Positions 62,592-64,000 of a DNA stretch of 64,000 nt are shown here, in pieces. Both the position numbers and the translations under genes were made by a program. Every line of letters starts with the position of its first letter. Position 1 is the stretch's first letter. A model generated the notes under the pieces. The model did no database searches. It was not told the origin of the DNA and saw only the letters and a list, made by a program, of their open reading frames with translations. The stretch is taken from assembly GCA_028023455.1 (NCBI GenBank), contig JAQFVV010000002.1:11780001-11844000 (forward strand), in the 5' to 3' direction. This stretch comes from Epiperipatus broadwayi. Its lineage: Eukaryota > Animalia > Onychophora.

Positions 62592-64000
62592 ACATATATA
62601 TAAAATTAAATACTGTCTAATCCTATATTAGTAATGATAAATATAATAGAAATTACATTACAATAATAGCTAAAAAACAAAATTTTTCTTAAATTCTCTC
62701 ATATCCATGGTTTCAGCTACTAACAAGTAGACTTTCTCAAGTGAAATTAAACTAGATACAAACAACATATATATATATTGAAACAGTAAGATTCGTATTC
62801 GAATCTTAAGTTTCACCTTTTTCTATCATCTCTTACTCACTGCTCTATCCTACCCAAATTTAAACTTTTTGGTATCGAATTGTGTGTGTAGTAATATTAA
62901 AAATGTATAGATATATGTTGAATTCACTATAAACATGCACACATTTCGATATCAAATTTAAGGCAATAAATAAAGATAAATAATATAATTTAGATTTCTT
63001 CTTTTAGTTATATAAAAATATATAATTTTAACTATTTATTTTGAATTATAAAATCCGTTATTTATTGCTTTGTTTAAATTTCATTTAGTAATAATTTTAG
63101 AAATAGATTGTAATATTTAATTAAAAGTAAAATAATCACATGTTCCCTTTTGTATTTGAAATTTTAAAAGCAATGATCGGTGAGAGGTAATAGATTAATT
63201 AAAGAAAAATTCCCCAAAATGTAATTATAAAATGTAAATGTAAACAATAGAAAGGCAGCTTTCTCTATAATTAAACTTAACAAAAATGCATTGATTATCC
63301 TCAGGGCAGATTAAGTGGAATCCAAAAATAAACTATAACAAAAATGTAAAAGATAAGATCTAAGAAAGGAGGCCATTTTAGACTTTCTAGAAACTTTCAG
63401 TTGAACTTTAGCTTTGTTCTTGAGCAGCTGAGAGTCTCCAAAGATATATATTGTTTTTATGTGCCACAGTATGCATGAGTAGAAAGCACCAAAGACTATT
63501 CTCTCTGGAGATGGTCGATTGTTTGCCAAGAACCTACGCCCATGCCCTCCATAAAATCAACCAAAGAAGATCTGCTGCCCCGAACAATTAGAAAACTGCT
63601 GCTGCTATTCAAGTAACTAAATCACCTAAATACTGTAAAGAACTGCTAATGCTATAATCATGAACAATTTGCTGCTAATCACTGAATTGGAAAACTTCTC
63701 ATAAAACAGGTATCTGTATCCAAATTCTCTAGAGTACTCGACTAATATCTAGCTATTTATAACTTATAAACTATACACTGTAAATTCTCATTTGTAAAAC
63801 TATAAATTTAATAATTAATATTATGTAAATTTCTTTAACAATCTAGCTTGCCTAACTCTATCTTTCTTGGGTACGTATTTCTAAAATCTACATTTTATTA
63901 TATAATTATTGCATGCTCGTAATTTTCTAAGTATAAATCTATGATCGCTTGAAACAGTGGATGCATGTCAAATTTTCATTAATATTTACTTTCATAACTA

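Noticed and set aside
63330-63720. GC-richer segment with partly open frames
   Set aside because: Probably a TE fragment, but no motif allows classification.

Overview
Very AT-rich, repeat-dominated eukaryotic (probably invertebrate animal) genomic DNA with no intact host gene that I can support. It contains decayed retroelements: Penelope-like (PLE) RT and GIY-YIG fragments, RTE LINE fragments, a near full-length decayed L1/Tx1 element and a Gypsy-like gag remnant. It also contains DNA-transposon MITEs (MULE-like, hAT, Tigger/pogo, mariner), a tRNA-Gly(TCC) pseudogene, and exon-like remnants of an ARM-repeat-like gene with a paralogous copy about 60 kb downstream. The main signal is a dense set of small non-coding insertions from about six families (my labels A, B, C, E, F, G) carrying roughly 19 minimal type-I hammerhead ribozyme (HHR) motifs, most with a palindromic helix III. 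Many are inserted as fold-back hairpins (one arm with a 3' tail, the inverted arm without) flanked by target-site duplications (TSDs) clustering at about 13 bp. One family has a variant catalytic core (A3-U8 instead of C3-G8) in two copies. All alignments were done by eye, boundaries of decayed elements are approximate, and ribozyme activity is inferred from structure only.
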